Source of the DNA: Sporopachydermia quercuum
Lineage: Eukaryota
DNA length: 64,000 bases
Assembly (NCBI GenBank): GCA_001599295.1
Contig: BCGN01000001.1
Location: 1,736,001-1,800,000 of the forward strand
Direction: 5' to 3'
Shown here: positions 13,001 to 23,570 of the stretch, in pieces
Layout of the letters: the number at the start of each line of letters is the position of its first letter
Numbering within the stretch: position 1 is the first letter of the stretch
Program-made: the position numbers and the translations under genes
The notes under the pieces: generated by a model
Seen by the model: only the letters and a program-made list of their open reading frames with translations
The model's database searches: none
Told to the model about the DNA's origin: nothing

Positions 13001-14867
13001 AGAGACGAGCAAAGTGACTGCAGAAGAAGCAGCTACTAGAGAAGTGGAATTTACTAATAAGATCGCACTGCTAGGAGAAACACATGAAGCAGAACTTGCA
13101 GAATTGAATCAAACCATAGCAACTAACGAGCAAGAGAAAACTAGACTGAATGAAGAAATTACTGCCCTGCAAGCCAGTATGACTGAATTGGAAACTCAGC
13201 TTTCTTCTATCACTGAGGAATTGACAGCGACCAAAGAAGCTTTAGAAAGGGAAAAGGAATCGCGAGGCACAATGGATCAAACTATCAACGATCTCAAGAC
13301 AGAAATCGCCAGCTTGAATGCTGAGCTTAGTTCAGCACAAGCCGTCGCTGCCCTTGGAGTGGCTGGTGCAGCAGGTGGCGCAGCCGGGGCCATGATCTCT
13401 AGTGCCTCACCTTTAAAAAGAGGAGGTAGAAACAGTTGGAATATTTCAGGGTCTGGTCCTGGAGTTGATATTGAAGCCAGACCAGTTTCTGTTGCTGGCA
13501 ACAATTCGGTTTCTGGTAGAGCCATTGAAGCCAATAGAGGTTTAGATTCTAAGCTTATAGATGATGAATTACTGACAATTCTATGCAATGAAAGACTGCA
13601 CGAGGAAGTCGTTGAAGGTTTAATCACAGGATTGAATATTCCCCCCAGTAGTATAGCTGCTAAATTTCACGATAAAGAAGTTCTCTTCCCTGCTAGAGCT
13701 ATGATTATCATTTTATCTGACATGTGGAGATTAGGACTAATACATGAGTCAGAGCTGTTCTTGACTTCTGTATTTCAAGCTATTCAAAATCTAATCATTG
13801 ATTATAAGGATGATGAAGTTATCAACCCTGGTGCCTTTTGGTTATCAAACGTCTTTGAAATGTACTCATTTGTTACTCATGCTCATTCGTTAATTGTATC
13901 TAATGAACAACTGATTGAAGTCATGGGTGATGTCGAGTACAAAGAGTATCTCAGTTTAGCTGTTATTGTCAAGGAGGATTTCGAATCCCTTGGCTTCAAT
14001 GTTTATCATACTTGGCTGAAGAAACTAAGAAAAACTTTAGATAAAATTGCTGTCCCTGCAGTTGTGGCGTCTCAATCATTACCAGGCTTTGTTACCAATG
14101 AATCATCAGGTTTGGCATCAGCTCCTCTATTCAGTAAACTTATGGGAAATAGTCCTGAAATCAAAATGGACAATCTCTTGAGTTTCTTGAATTCCATTTA
14201 CTGGGCTATGCAAAGTTATAAGATTGAACGAGAGATTATCAATAGCACTATATCTGAGCTTATCAGGTACATTGATATCACTTGTTTCAATGATCTGTTG
14301 GTTAGAAGAAACTTTTTATCTTGGAAGCGAGGATTGCAACTCAATTATAACGTTACTAGACTAGAAGAATGGTGTAAATCACACGATGTATCTGAAGGAT
14401 CTATATGTCTAACGCATCTATTCCAAGCAGCTAAGCTACTACAATTGAAGAAGAATACTGCTGAAGATATTGAGATAATTTACGAGATTTGCTATTCATT
14501 AAGACCTAACCAGATACAGAGGTTGATTGCCCAATATTTGAATGCTGATTATGAACTTCCTATCAGTCCTGAGATTTCTCAGTTATTGGCCCAACGAGTC
14601 ATTGAACAAAATGATGATAGATTGTTTGAAGATATTCATGAAGGAAACCAAGGAGGTCCTTTTGACAATGTGAGTGTGAGAAGATTCTATAGAATAGAGG
14701 CATATGTACCTGCTTGGCTTCAAACACCATTGGTGAAGCGGGTGGCTGAATTGGTTTCTGCTAATGCTTCAGCACCGGAAAATGAAACAGGGGATGATTC
14801 ACCAGCAGGAGAAGATCCTGAGCAAGAAGAAACCGAAGAAGTTTCTGGAGTTGCAACTGAAGCATAG
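10083..14867 (+). CDS. MYO2: Class V myosin
   Basis: P-loop GESGAGKT, NDNSSRFGK, LDIYGFE, six IQ motifs, coiled coil, DIL/cargo tail (FLSWKRGLQLNYNVTRLEEWCKSH); 1594 aa. Confidence 0.97.
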   Translation: MSTQVEPGTKCWYPDSKLGWVGVEISSVEEKNGQYELILTRDNKSENEEPITITTDNLDENNEKLPPLRNPPLLEAPEDLTNLSYLNEPAVLHAIKMRYSRLNIYTYSGIVLIATNPFQRVDHLYSHDIIQTYSRTNRAEQEPHLFAIANEAYTAMNRDGKNQTVIVSGESGAGKTVSAKYIMRYLASVDPEESNDGYTSSSALQSRAHPMSQVEKQILATNPIMESFGNAKTTRNDNSSRFGKYLEILFDNKKAIIGAKIRTYLLERSRIVFQPKTERNYHIFYQLCAGLDDDSRKEFSIKPASEFVYLNQGGDITIPNIDDGEEFNVTKNALELIGIDQEKQLKIFKILAGILHIGNINITPTRNDAVLNSDEPSLVIACNLLGLDPTAFSKWIIKKQITTRSEKIVSSLNHRQALVARDSVAKFIYACLFDWLVHYINVDLCPSEISEAAKSFIGVLDIYGFEHFEKNSFEQFCINYANEKLQQEFNRHVFKLEQEEYVREEIEWQFIDFSDNQPCIDLIEGKIGILSLLDEESRLPAGNDESWITKLYSSLAKPPTEAVFKKPRFGQTKFVVSHYALDVTYDNEGFIEKNRDTVSEGQLDTLKSSVDDLLKEMIDVGMGFGHEPVPDSSSAGPAKSVARGRNKKPTLGSIFKSSLASLMLTINSTNAHYIRCIKPNEERAAWLFDPLMVLSQLRACGVLETIRISCAGFPTRWTYEEFAERYYMLVHSSLWSPDYKTRCDSILKATVEDASRYQLGNSKIFFKAGMLAYLESLRSRRVFECAVLIQKNLRKLYYRRRYLAARESHIQLQAVLRGHLARVRYQKEKETRAAVAIQSGIRGYLARQRFVDTLRALTLLQAFLRGHLTRTRILAGRTEAAARSIQTAWRGFSYRRNFKNTLWATVYIQCCLRRKMAVRELKQLKVEARSVNHFKEISGRLENKVVELTQSLAGKTEINKALQLEIAQLRNALETSKVTAEEAATREVEFTNKIALLGETHEAELAELNQTIATNEQEKTRLNEEITALQASMTELETQLSSITEELTATKEALEREKESRGTMDQTINDLKTEIASLNAELSSAQAVAALGVAGAAGGAAGAMISSASPLKRGGRNSWNISGSGPGVDIEARPVSVAGNNSVSGRAIEANRGLDSKLIDDELLTILCNERLHEEVVEGLITGLNIPPSSIAAKFHDKEVLFPARAMIIILSDMWRLGLIHESELFLTSVFQAIQNLIIDYKDDEVINPGAFWLSNVFEMYSFVTHAHSLIVSNEQLIEVMGDVEYKEYLSLAVIVKEDFESLGFNVYHTWLKKLRKTLDKIAVPAVVASQSLPGFVTNESSGLASAPLFSKLMGNSPEIKMDNLLSFLNSIYWAMQSYKIEREIINSTISELIRYIDITCFNDLLVRRNFLSWKRGLQLNYNVTRLEEWCKSHDVSEGSICLTHLFQAAKLLQLKKNTAEDIEIIYEICYSLRPNQIQRLIAQYLNADYELPISPEISQLLAQRVIEQNDDRLFEDIHEGNQGGPFDNVSVRRFYRIEAYVPAWLQTPLVKRVAELVSANASAPENETGDDSPAGEDPEQEETEEVSGVATEA

Positions 14868-15416
14868 TTATGACGAAATCAATAAATCTGGTCAAATAAT
14901 GAATATTACTAATGATGGGTTGATAAAAATATTCACGCTGTGTGATGAGCTAAGAAGAGAATATGATGTAGCAATTTATATGGATATTTATAGAGAAGAA
15001 GAGGAATGAATACAAAACACGCAGAAAAGACAATCGGACACCAACATAAAAATATCAAATATACATATAGATATATCTAGGTTACGTTAGTATAGCACTT
15101 TCTTTATAGGATATAACGAACAAGTTGTCACATTGTACAAAAAAGTATATGACAAGATCACTATAATCAATGTAATCGCGACGCAAGGAAACCCTTATAA
15201 TTTAGATTTCAACACATATTTTATAATATAGATTTACTAATACTACTATTAATAATAAAGAAAGAAAGAAAAAAAGAATAAGTAATTACACATTGGTAAG
15301 GACAAGAACAATCATTTCTTTTTTCCCCCAAGCCATTTTTCCTATCTATTTATTCTAACACCACCAAATAACTAACCTAATCAACTTCGACTTCCACTCC
15401 GAATTCAATCTTCTGC

Positions 15417-15834
15417 TTAAGTGAAATGAACAACAATTGGTACAACAATGACAATGATTATGCAAATCACACCAATGATGAGACAAAGACGCATCTTCAT
15501 ATCTTTCCACCACATTTGCTTTCTCACTCTATTGGCACTTCTTCTAAATCCTTGAGCGTTAACAGCTAAATTTTCAGCTTTATCTTGAATAGCATCAATT
15601 CTTTCTCCTCTTTCTGCTACTTTATTGATGTTGTTCCTCATTACACCAACCGTGTCATCGATTTGCTATCTATAGTTAGTTGAATGCCCACATTATCAGT
15701 TCATTATTTATGTTCAGAATACTTACAGCTTGAATAGCAGCAGGATCTGCTTTGTTGACACCTGCTGATGATGATGCAGGATCATCATTATAGGATGGAG
15801 GATCATAAGGGTCATAAGGAACAGATGATGCCAT
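15417..15834 (-). CDS. SNC1: Synaptobrevin v-SNARE Snc1/Snc2; exons 15834-15727, 15665-15417
   Basis: [10 protein letters not shown]...[27 protein letters not shown]...[10 protein letters not shown] plus C-terminal TM helix. 61-nt phase-0 intron GTAAGT...ACTAACTATAGATAG. SNC1 vs SNC2 cannot be distinguished. Confidence 0.93.
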
Positions 15835-16614
15835 TTTGTATATAGTTACTTTGTTTTAAACAACTATAATGTTGACTGTTGATATTCCGGCGCTGATCTT
15901 TGATATTCAGCACTTGACTAGTTATATAACTGTAGTTTCGATCTTTGAATTCTCAATAGCAAGTACGTAGAAACTTCAATAAACTAGATTTATTTGAACG
16001 ATCAATGTTTCAATTTATAAACTAGATGCATGGACGATTACTGTTGATTGATACTAATTAATAGTTAGAGAAAAAGTGTAAAAAAGTGTGACAGATGACA
16101 GAAGGAAAGCAGAAACCAAAAGGCTGAGACGAGAAAACAGGGGGTGTTTTGAAGACTGATTGATTAAAAAATGTGACATGCAGGATTGTGCAGGAGAAGG
16201 GAATCGAAGTTGGTGTTGGACCATTTGAAGTAGGCTGAGTGGAACTGAAAAAAAAATAATTGGAGGAAGATGCTTAAAAATAGACAATAAGTTTGGAGTT
16301 AGTTTACTGAAAAATATTTGCCTCCACCTTTGAAGATATTTTAGATCGTTAAGAACTCAACATGATCATGTCCCTTTAAGTTATCGGAAATGAAGATACG
16401 TCTTGGTTCTGTCATGAGTACAGGGGTTTAGAACTGGAACAGATTATGAGAAATTGTAATGTGACGTGACAAAAAGATAGCAGGACACAAAGATATATAT
16501 CTCATTCGCTCTAGATGAAAGAAATCTGGACTTTTTCTCATACATATTCATGATGGTTTTATTTGAAGATACAAAATGTGTTTTCAATATGTTTGTTCCT
16601 TTGTAAACATTGTT

Positions 16615-16651
16615 AAATTAACATATGAGAAATTAACATATGAGAAATTAA
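16615..16651 (+). repeat. 15-bp tandem repeat, about 2.5 copies (AAATTAACATATGAG)
   Basis: Read directly. Confidence 0.85.
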
Positions 16652-17321
16652 TCAATAGCTGCGGTCCAAAAAAATATATGTATAGTCTACACTCTCCTGT
16701 ATGTCTTGCATATATCATCTCAAATGACTGAACTCTAACTACAGATCTTTATTAGCGTTTTATTTGCAGGATATTTCCAATTTAAGTAATGAGAAAATGA
16801 TTACAGTGGCACAGCTAAGAAAGCTTATTCTAGACTTACTTCGAATCTCATCCCAGCAAAAATGTTGATTTGTTAATTCAGTGATTGCTTCATTTTATTC
16901 TTCTAGAAGATCAAAACAATCACACTTCAGTCGTTAAAACCCTATCATTAAATGATCAACAACTTTAGCTGACTTTGGTTCACCAAATCCTCTAATAGAA
17001 ATTACTATAGAGCTGAATGCTCTTCGCTTCTTTTTCCTGCTCTATGCACTGAATGTTGAGTTCCAGAATCGGATTATATAAACATATATTCTTTATCAGA
17101 TGCCCGGGGTAACTGGACAGTCGACTATCTACAATCACAACAATTATTGATTTCACTTACTCCTTCTCCTCGTTATCCTTTTATTCTTGTATGTTTACTA
17201 ATTAGTAAAAGAATTGATGAAAATCAGTAAATTCATTCAGATTAGGCTCTTTCGATTGAAAATGCAATAGTGAAAATAAGTACGGTGTTAATTGGTGTTA
17301 ACATAAAGCAACTTAGGCAAT

Positions 17322-18428
17322 ATGATACCTCTCAAAGACTGGGTCCTGATAATTGCATTAATATTCGGTGGCTGTTGCTCAAATGTGTTCACATTAGAAA
17401 AACTCATTAAAGATTGGCCAGAAGCTGGCAATCTCATAACGTTTATTCAATTTAGTTTTGTCTCGATTGAAGGGGTTTTTCGCTATTTCTCCTTTTCCAC
17501 AGGAACTTTCAAGCCTAGAGTTGTCCCTATCAAACGATATCTTATTATAGTGTTATTGTTCTTTTTTGTTTCTACTGCCAATAACTATGTTTGGAGATAC
17601 AATATATCAGTACCAACGCATATAATATTTCGTTCTGGTGGTACGGTGATAACAATGATTGTTGGGTATTTGTTTGGAAAGAGATACTCTATTCTCCAGG
17701 TAATATCAGCAGTTATCCTCACCATTGGAGTTGTCATTGCTGTAATATCTAATTCTCCAGGGAAAAGCTGTCCTACGTGCACTGACAAAATCTTAGCACT
17801 ACCAGATGAGCCAAATGATATAGAAAACGCGTCTATGCTGGTGTTTGAGGATTTTCATGGAAGTCAACACTTGTTTGGAATATTCCTTTTACTTGTGGCA
17901 GCAATAGTCTCTGCAGTGATGTCAATATACCAGGAAAATACTTATAAGATTTATGGTAAGAACTGGCGTGAAAGCTTGTTCTACTCTCACTTTCTGACTT
18001 TGCCTCTATTTCTCACAATGCGAACATCAATTGCAACAACATTCTCGCAAATCGTTCTAGCGGAACCTTTAATCTCCTTCAGATGGGGTGCCGTCTCTAC
18101 AATGTTATTATACCTTATTTTGAATGGCTTAACTCAGTATGTGTGTACTTTAGGGGTGAATCGCTTAGCAGGTAACACCACAGCACTTACTGTAACGATT
18201 ACATTGAATGTTAGGAAGTTTGTTTCATTATTGCTTTCAATATGGGTTTTTGATAATAGACTCACTCCTGGTACCATTCTAGGGTCCTCTTTAGTATTTG
18301 GAAGCGCTTTTATGTACGGATACGCAAGCACAAAACGAAATGAGGCGAAAACTGTGTCTCCTGTGGAGAAAGTTACTGAGTCCAAGGTGGTTCCGAAGGA
18401 CCAGAAAGCAGCCTCCAAGTTGAGCTAA
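17322..18428 (+). CDS. YEA4: UDP-GlcNAc nucleotide-sugar transporter (SLC35B4 family)
   Basis: IFGGCCSNV, GNLITFIQF, HIIFRSGG, WRESLFYSH, RKFVSLLLS motifs; multi-TM protein. Confidence 0.9.
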   Translation: MIPLKDWVLIIALIFGGCCSNVFTLEKLIKDWPEAGNLITFIQFSFVSIEGVFRYFSFSTGTFKPRVVPIKRYLIIVLLFFFVSTANNYVWRYNISVPTHIIFRSGGTVITMIVGYLFGKRYSILQVISAVILTIGVVIAVISNSPGKSCPTCTDKILALPDEPNDIENASMLVFEDFHGSQHLFGIFLLLVAAIVSAVMSIYQENTYKIYGKNWRESLFYSHFLTLPLFLTMRTSIATTFSQIVLAEPLISFRWGAVSTMLLYLILNGLTQYVCTLGVNRLAGNTTALTVTITLNVRKFVSLLLSIWVFDNRLTPGTILGSSLVFGSAFMYGYASTKRNEAKTVSPVEKVTESKVVPKDQKAASKLS

Positions 18429-18550
18429 ATCATACAACTATGATAGAATACCCAAATCAGACATACAACTCATTTATATAGAGAAAAACCATCTTTTCTT
18501 CAATGCAACTTCTTTAATACTCAAGTACTTGTCTTAGTATCACTTTTCTC

Positions 18551-18584
18551 TCCCATACGAGCGCTGATCCCATACGAGCGCTGA
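18551..18584 (+). repeat. Exact 17-bp tandem duplication (TCCCATACGAGCGCTGA x2)
   Basis: Read directly. Confidence 0.9.
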
Positions 18585-18960
18585 CCTCATAATTGCTTAT
18601 TCTCACTTCTTTATGCGTTACGTGATCAATAAATATCTCATCTTCATTTTAGTCATATGACCACCTCAGAATGTCTCATGTTGATACCTTATGTCGTATC
18701 AGCACAATACGGGGAAGCGGATTTTTCATGACAAACAAATGTGTATAAACATAATGAATACTATGTATGAACTTGGTTATGTTCATAGGTTGGTGCTGAC
18801 CTATCTTTGAGTCTTCAATTGGGTCCTCATTTCCTTAGAGACATCATTGATCATATTCATTCGTCATATTTATGGGACAGTTGCAATAGTGTGGTACCAT
18901 CGTCTTGAACAGCTATCCACCATCGTCAGCAAAACCACGGAATAGTGCCAAACACGTATA

Positions 18961-19929
18961 ATGCCTCTATTCACCTCAGTTCCAAAATTCCACTTTCATT
19001 TTCAAATACCTGAATCATGGTTTACCATACAAAACACCGTCAATCTGACGGTGATGATGTCCCCAATAACATCATATGGTGGAACTATCTACTCTATAGT
19101 GAAATCCAAATCAATTGGTGACTATTCTATAGACATCTCAGGCATTATGATTATATCGTGCATTCTAAGAGTATTTTACTTTTTCCAGCATCCTTATGAA
19201 CCGGCTTTATTGTACCAATCAATGGTCATGGTGTTTGTTCATTGCATCTTACTATATGTTGCATTAAAATATAGAAATAATCGGCATACGCGAGAAAAAC
19301 CTCACGACAAAGCTCATCTAAGTGTGAAGTTCCCATTCTCTCATCCTTCGCATGGAACAAGTACCAATTCAAAACCAAGGTCATCTAATTCACGATTATC
19401 TCCTCAGGAACTAACGAGCATTTTATTCAGATTTCTTATTCACATCCTTCTAGTGGTTCCTTATCGTGTGTTGAAATACATTGTGAAGTTATTTGATCCC
19501 AATACAAGAAGACCTTATGATTTTTGGCAATGGTCCCGACCATACAATTTTTGGTCCTTCCTTATCAGATTTGTTCTTGGATTAGCCCTCTGTCAATTAC
19601 TGGTTGCTCCAGTATTTCCGTATTATTCTATTTTCATTGGAAACTTTGGTTTATGCTTTGAATCGTTATTGCCTTTACCGCAAATACTGTTATTCAATCG
19701 AATCAAAAGCTCTAAAGGATTTCCTGGTTTTTTAATCTTCACATGGTTATCTGGTGATTTATCAAAAATACTCTATTTAACGTCAGGAATGGCACATGAA
19801 ATATCAACACCATTTATCTGTTTTGGATTGCTGCAGACGTCGTTGGATTTAATAGTTGGCGGTCAGTTTATTTATTACAGGTTTCATGAAGCAAAACAAC
19901 CGAAAAATTCACTACCAAGCCATCGCTGA
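18961..19929 (+). CDS. ANY1: PQ-loop membrane protein (Any1/Cfs1/PQLC1 family)
   Basis: SPITSYG, FWQW and ESLLPLPQIL (PQ motif), WLSGDLSKI; two helical-bundle halves. Confidence 0.8.
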   Translation: MPLFTSVPKFHFHFQIPESWFTIQNTVNLTVMMSPITSYGGTIYSIVKSKSIGDYSIDISGIMIISCILRVFYFFQHPYEPALLYQSMVMVFVHCILLYVALKYRNNRHTREKPHDKAHLSVKFPFSHPSHGTSTNSKPRSSNSRLSPQELTSILFRFLIHILLVVPYRVLKYIVKLFDPNTRRPYDFWQWSRPYNFWSFLIRFVLGLALCQLLVAPVFPYYSIFIGNFGLCFESLLPLPQILLFNRIKSSKGFPGFLIFTWLSGDLSKILYLTSGMAHEISTPFICFGLLQTSLDLIVGGQFIYYRFHEAKQPKNSLPSHR

Positions 19930-20549
19930 TGGATAATATAAGTACATTTTGCTTTGCTGAAAGCATATTATGGTATACTTAGCATTTCTACATTCATTTT
20001 TGATACTTTGATTTAATCTGATAGAAGAAAAGATGGTCTGATGTAACATAATATAATACCATCATCATAGCTATCATGTGTTCAAGTATATGTCCATATC
20101 GCGCCTTTTTTTGTTTTGTTAGCGAATATTACTATTCTGTATAAAAAGGATACACTAAGTAATAAGTTAAAAATCAGGTCATTCTATGACTACAACAAAG
20201 CTTATGATAGGTTTTCAGTACCTGATTCTGATCAGTTTGTCGTAACCAATAAACAATCAGTTACTTCAGTTTTCAGCACATTTTTCAAGAGTAGCCGACT
20301 TATACAACTAATCTACTGATTCCACAAGCAATCCGTTTCTATATTAAGGTTCATACACTGGTTTTATCAATTATTGGTCATTTGATTCATCTATTACGAG
20401 AATAATTCTAGTTCCTTTGTTGATATTTTATATACAAGTTGATAATAATTCATAATCAGATTTCATATTGATCTGCTCGTCCTAGCTGCACTGGCACCTA
20501 TGCATCCTTTACTCTCTATTTATACTTAGTTTCACTCTTAGCTTCAGCT

Positions 20550-23500
20550 TCACTTTTTTTTAATCACAGATTTACTTCCAGGTTCTTGCTTTTGTTTTCT
20601 AAACTCAGAGTAAGCTCTCAACACTCGTTGCAAAGAGGAATGTTTGGTGAACGACTGCAAAAACTTCTTATTGCTGAAAACACGTCCATTTGGCTCGTCA
20701 TGGTATCCCAATCGTGATTTGTCATTAGAATCAATTGCCTCATTATCGTTAAATTCAACAGATTGATTTTCCTCATCAAAATCCTTAGATGACAACTCAA
20801 TCTCGACAGAATCAGTCTTCTCGGATAATTCTTCATACTCTACCTCTTCCCCCTCTTCTGCTTCTTCCAAGTTCCTATTTCCTTCTTCTTCCTCGAAATT
20901 CTTTTCCAACTGCTCAATCTCGTTATCTTCTCCTTCCAAATCATCGAACTTGGAATCTTCATCGAAGACGGATTGTAATTCTTTGTCAGATAGATATCCT
21001 GCGCTTTCACCATAAGCAACACCTCTTCTTTCAGCCATAGCTTCTGAATAACCCTTTCGAGCGTGTTCATCTTTCATTCTTGAGAAGAGAACTCTGATAT
21101 TCCAACTATCTTGAGGCTTCTTAGGAATAGGATAATTACTTGAAGGCACTCGGACACCGTTAATGTATTGCCTGATATTGATATAATATCCAATAGTTCT
21201 ATCAGCTATTTGATTGTCAAGTTCAGCAGCTTTCTGTCGGGCTACCAATCTAGAGAAGACATACTTTGCCATTTTCTCACTTACGTCTAATTCAGATTTG
21301 ATTTTCTCTTCAGTTATTGTTTCTCCATCAAGCATCACTTCTAATGAGTCGATTTTTTTGAAAAATTCGACGAGAGATTCATCTGACTGAATTTCGTTTG
21401 AACCTGCAAGTTCTAACGCCGCCCTTTCTTCACTATCGCTTAACGTTTGAACCAAACTGATCTCTTCTTTAGTCATTGGAACGATAAATGCATTACCAAC
21501 AACTAAATTAGAAGTAGCATGAGGCTTACATTTATTCGATAAAACTAATCGGAATGATCCCTTCTCTAAGTTGTTTTGTTCTCTGACAAGATCGAGCAGG
21601 CTTCCCAATATTCCAATGGAAAATTTGTATTCTGAGTTGGCAATATGTTGTATTACTCTTCTGGGTATAAAATCTATTTCTCTTTCATTATCGTGATTTT
21701 GACTGGATCTACTATTGATCCTTTTCTTAGTGTATACTTCTCTCTTGTCCTGAAGAACTTCAGCACTTGTTGTACTATCATTGGATTCACTCTTCGCTTC
21801 AGATGATTCTTCAGTGGCCTTCCTATCTGAAACACTTTCCACATTTCCCCCATATTTTGCTTCTTTTACTGTTTCTGTTTTTGCAGTTTCTGTAGTAGTT
21901 TCTGTTTCTGCTTCGGTTGCAATTTCTATTGTTTCTGTTTCTGTTGTTGAAGCAGTTTCTGTAGCAGTGTCTGCTTCTAAAGAATTTTCTGTTTCTGCTG
22001 TCGTACTAGTTTCTGTTTCTGTTTCTGCTTCCGTTTCCCTTTCCTTGTTTTTGTTTTCCTCTTCAAGTCTACTATACAATTTGCTTGAAAGCATTCTAGG
22101 AATTAATTTGCTAACTTCGAAACCTTCGTTTACACTTTCCTTGGTATCTTTATCCATAATATCTGAGAGAGGTTCTCCAATAAGAGGAATTATATTCTTC
22201 TTCAGATACCTTCGTCTCAGTTTGGGAATAGCTAGTCGCTTAGCACTAACTTTGGCTCCAAAACCATGTATAATCTCATCTAGATCATCTAATGGGAGAT
22301 ATTGGAAGCCAAACATTTTTCTTATATTGTGATAGGCCACGAAAATTCCAGACATATGACCAATACGAGCTTGCATCGAATATTTCATTAAAGTAGATCT
22401 ACAAAGATCAAAGAGCTCTCGCTCAAATGATTCATACAAGCCAGTCCGTTTACAAATCTCATATGAAGTTGGCTCTGTATACTGTATATGTCGAATATCG
22501 TACCTAATAGCGCATACAGCTCTAGTTTTCAAATCAAAAGTACCATAGTTTGGTAAAGAAGAATCAACGCAATCAAGCTGAGACCGTAAGATGAATTTTC
22601 CTACTGAAGCATAGTGATAAGCTTCAGCTTTCTTCTTCATGCTTTCAGGAAGCATATGACTATTATCCTTATGATATAATTTGTACAAATCATCAGGCAG
22701 TGTTAAGAATTTCTCTAATGAATGTCCTAATACTGACAGGATGAGTTCTTCATCATATGATTTATCGTTATCAATAGCATGAGTCCCAGATTCAGGGTTG
22801 TAGTTAACAAACACCGAAGCAGGCATTTGATACGCCCGAGTAAGATCAACAAACTTAGCAGGGAAATTGTTAGAGAACAAATGATTAACCTTTATTGGTT
22901 TATTCTTCGATAATAAAATATGAAGCTTACCAAGTAAACCAGTCATTGAACTTGTAGATGAATAGTAAGGCTTTGATTGAGATTTGCTGAGCTCTCCAAG
23001 CACTTTATCCCGAGATGATGTTAAGTAATCCCCTAGGGCTGAGAAGTCAAAATCATCCACTGGCATAATGTACTCTAATGATGGAGAAAAATTGAAGACC
23101 CCGGTTCTTGGGTCTTTTAAGAAATGAGGTCCAGGAGATTTCAGAACTTTCCGCAAGCCATGTTGCAGCTGGGGAATTTTTACTAGTCTTGGATCACCTA
23201 AAGATCGATCAGAAACAGATCTAAGATGCAAAGAACGAAAATGAGATTCTGTCTCTGCAGATTCATCGACTTCTTCATTCTTTTCAAAAGGTGTTCCAAA
23301 AGAACCAGATTCTTCTTCATTTGTTGTGCTATTAAGAAAGTCTATATTATCCTCTGAGTTTACATTATTTAAAAGATTCTCTGATTCTTCTGATGATGGG
23401 ATTATCTTCGTCTGATTACTACCTGGCTGCTGCAGATCATTGGTAGTTATCGTCCTGAACAGTGAAGGACCATTTGACTTGACCTTTTTAGTAGAGGCCA

Positions 23501-23570
23501 AAAAAATATTGCATCTCCTTGTTATCAGACTGTATTGCTTGACACTGGATCTAGATGATAGTAATCTCAT
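20550..23570 (-). CDS. PET127: Mitochondrial 5'-3' RNA processing exoribonuclease Pet127
   Basis: LKDPRTGVFNF, YYSSTSSMT, RSQLDC, FDLKTRAVCAIRYD, YSMQARIGHMSGIFVAYHN. Start placed at the first ATG (23570, MRLLSSRSS, targeting-like) instead of the track's TTG. Confidence 0.92.
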   Translation of the reverse strand: MRLLSSRSSVKQYSLITRRCNIFLASTKKVKSNGPSLFRTITTNDLQQPGSNQTKIIPSSEESENLLNNVNSEDNIDFLNSTTNEEESGSFGTPFEKNEEVDESAETESHFRSLHLRSVSDRSLGDPRLVKIPQLQHGLRKVLKSPGPHFLKDPRTGVFNFSPSLEYIMPVDDFDFSALGDYLTSSRDKVLGELSKSQSKPYYSSTSSMTGLLGKLHILLSKNKPIKVNHLFSNNFPAKFVDLTRAYQMPASVFVNYNPESGTHAIDNDKSYDEELILSVLGHSLEKFLTLPDDLYKLYHKDNSHMLPESMKKKAEAYHYASVGKFILRSQLDCVDSSLPNYGTFDLKTRAVCAIRYDIRHIQYTEPTSYEICKRTGLYESFERELFDLCRSTLMKYSMQARIGHMSGIFVAYHNIRKMFGFQYLPLDDLDEIIHGFGAKVSAKRLAIPKLRRRYLKKNIIPLIGEPLSDIMDKDTKESVNEGFEVSKLIPRMLSSKLYSRLEEENKNKERETEAETETETSTTAETENSLEADTATETASTTETETIEIATEAETETTTETAKTETVKEAKYGGNVESVSDRKATEESSEAKSESNDSTTSAEVLQDKREVYTKKRINSRSSQNHDNEREIDFIPRRVIQHIANSEYKFSIGILGSLLDLVREQNNLEKGSFRLVLSNKCKPHATSNLVVGNAFIVPMTKEEISLVQTLSDSEERAALELAGSNEIQSDESLVEFFKKIDSLEVMLDGETITEEKIKSELDVSEKMAKYVFSRLVARQKAAELDNQIADRTIGYYINIRQYINGVRVPSSNYPIPKKPQDSWNIRVLFSRMKDEHARKGYSEAMAERRGVAYGESAGYLSDKELQSVFDEDSKFDDLEGEDNEIEQLEKNFEEEEGNRNLEEAEEGEEVEYEELSEKTDSVEIELSSKDFDEENQSVEFNDNEAIDSNDKSRLGYHDEPNGRVFSNKKFLQSFTKHSSLQRVLRAYSEFRKQKQEPGSKSVIKKK

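Noticed and set aside
16806..16858. tRNA-like A/B-box fragments (TGGCACAGCT...TTCGAATCTC)
   Set aside because: Spacing is too short and no cloverleaf or acceptor stem forms.
21781..22332. 183-aa antisense ORF, and similar ones at 30971-31573, 41827-42285 and 33435-33727
   Set aside because: Shadows of low-complexity coding sequence on the opposite strand or in another frame.
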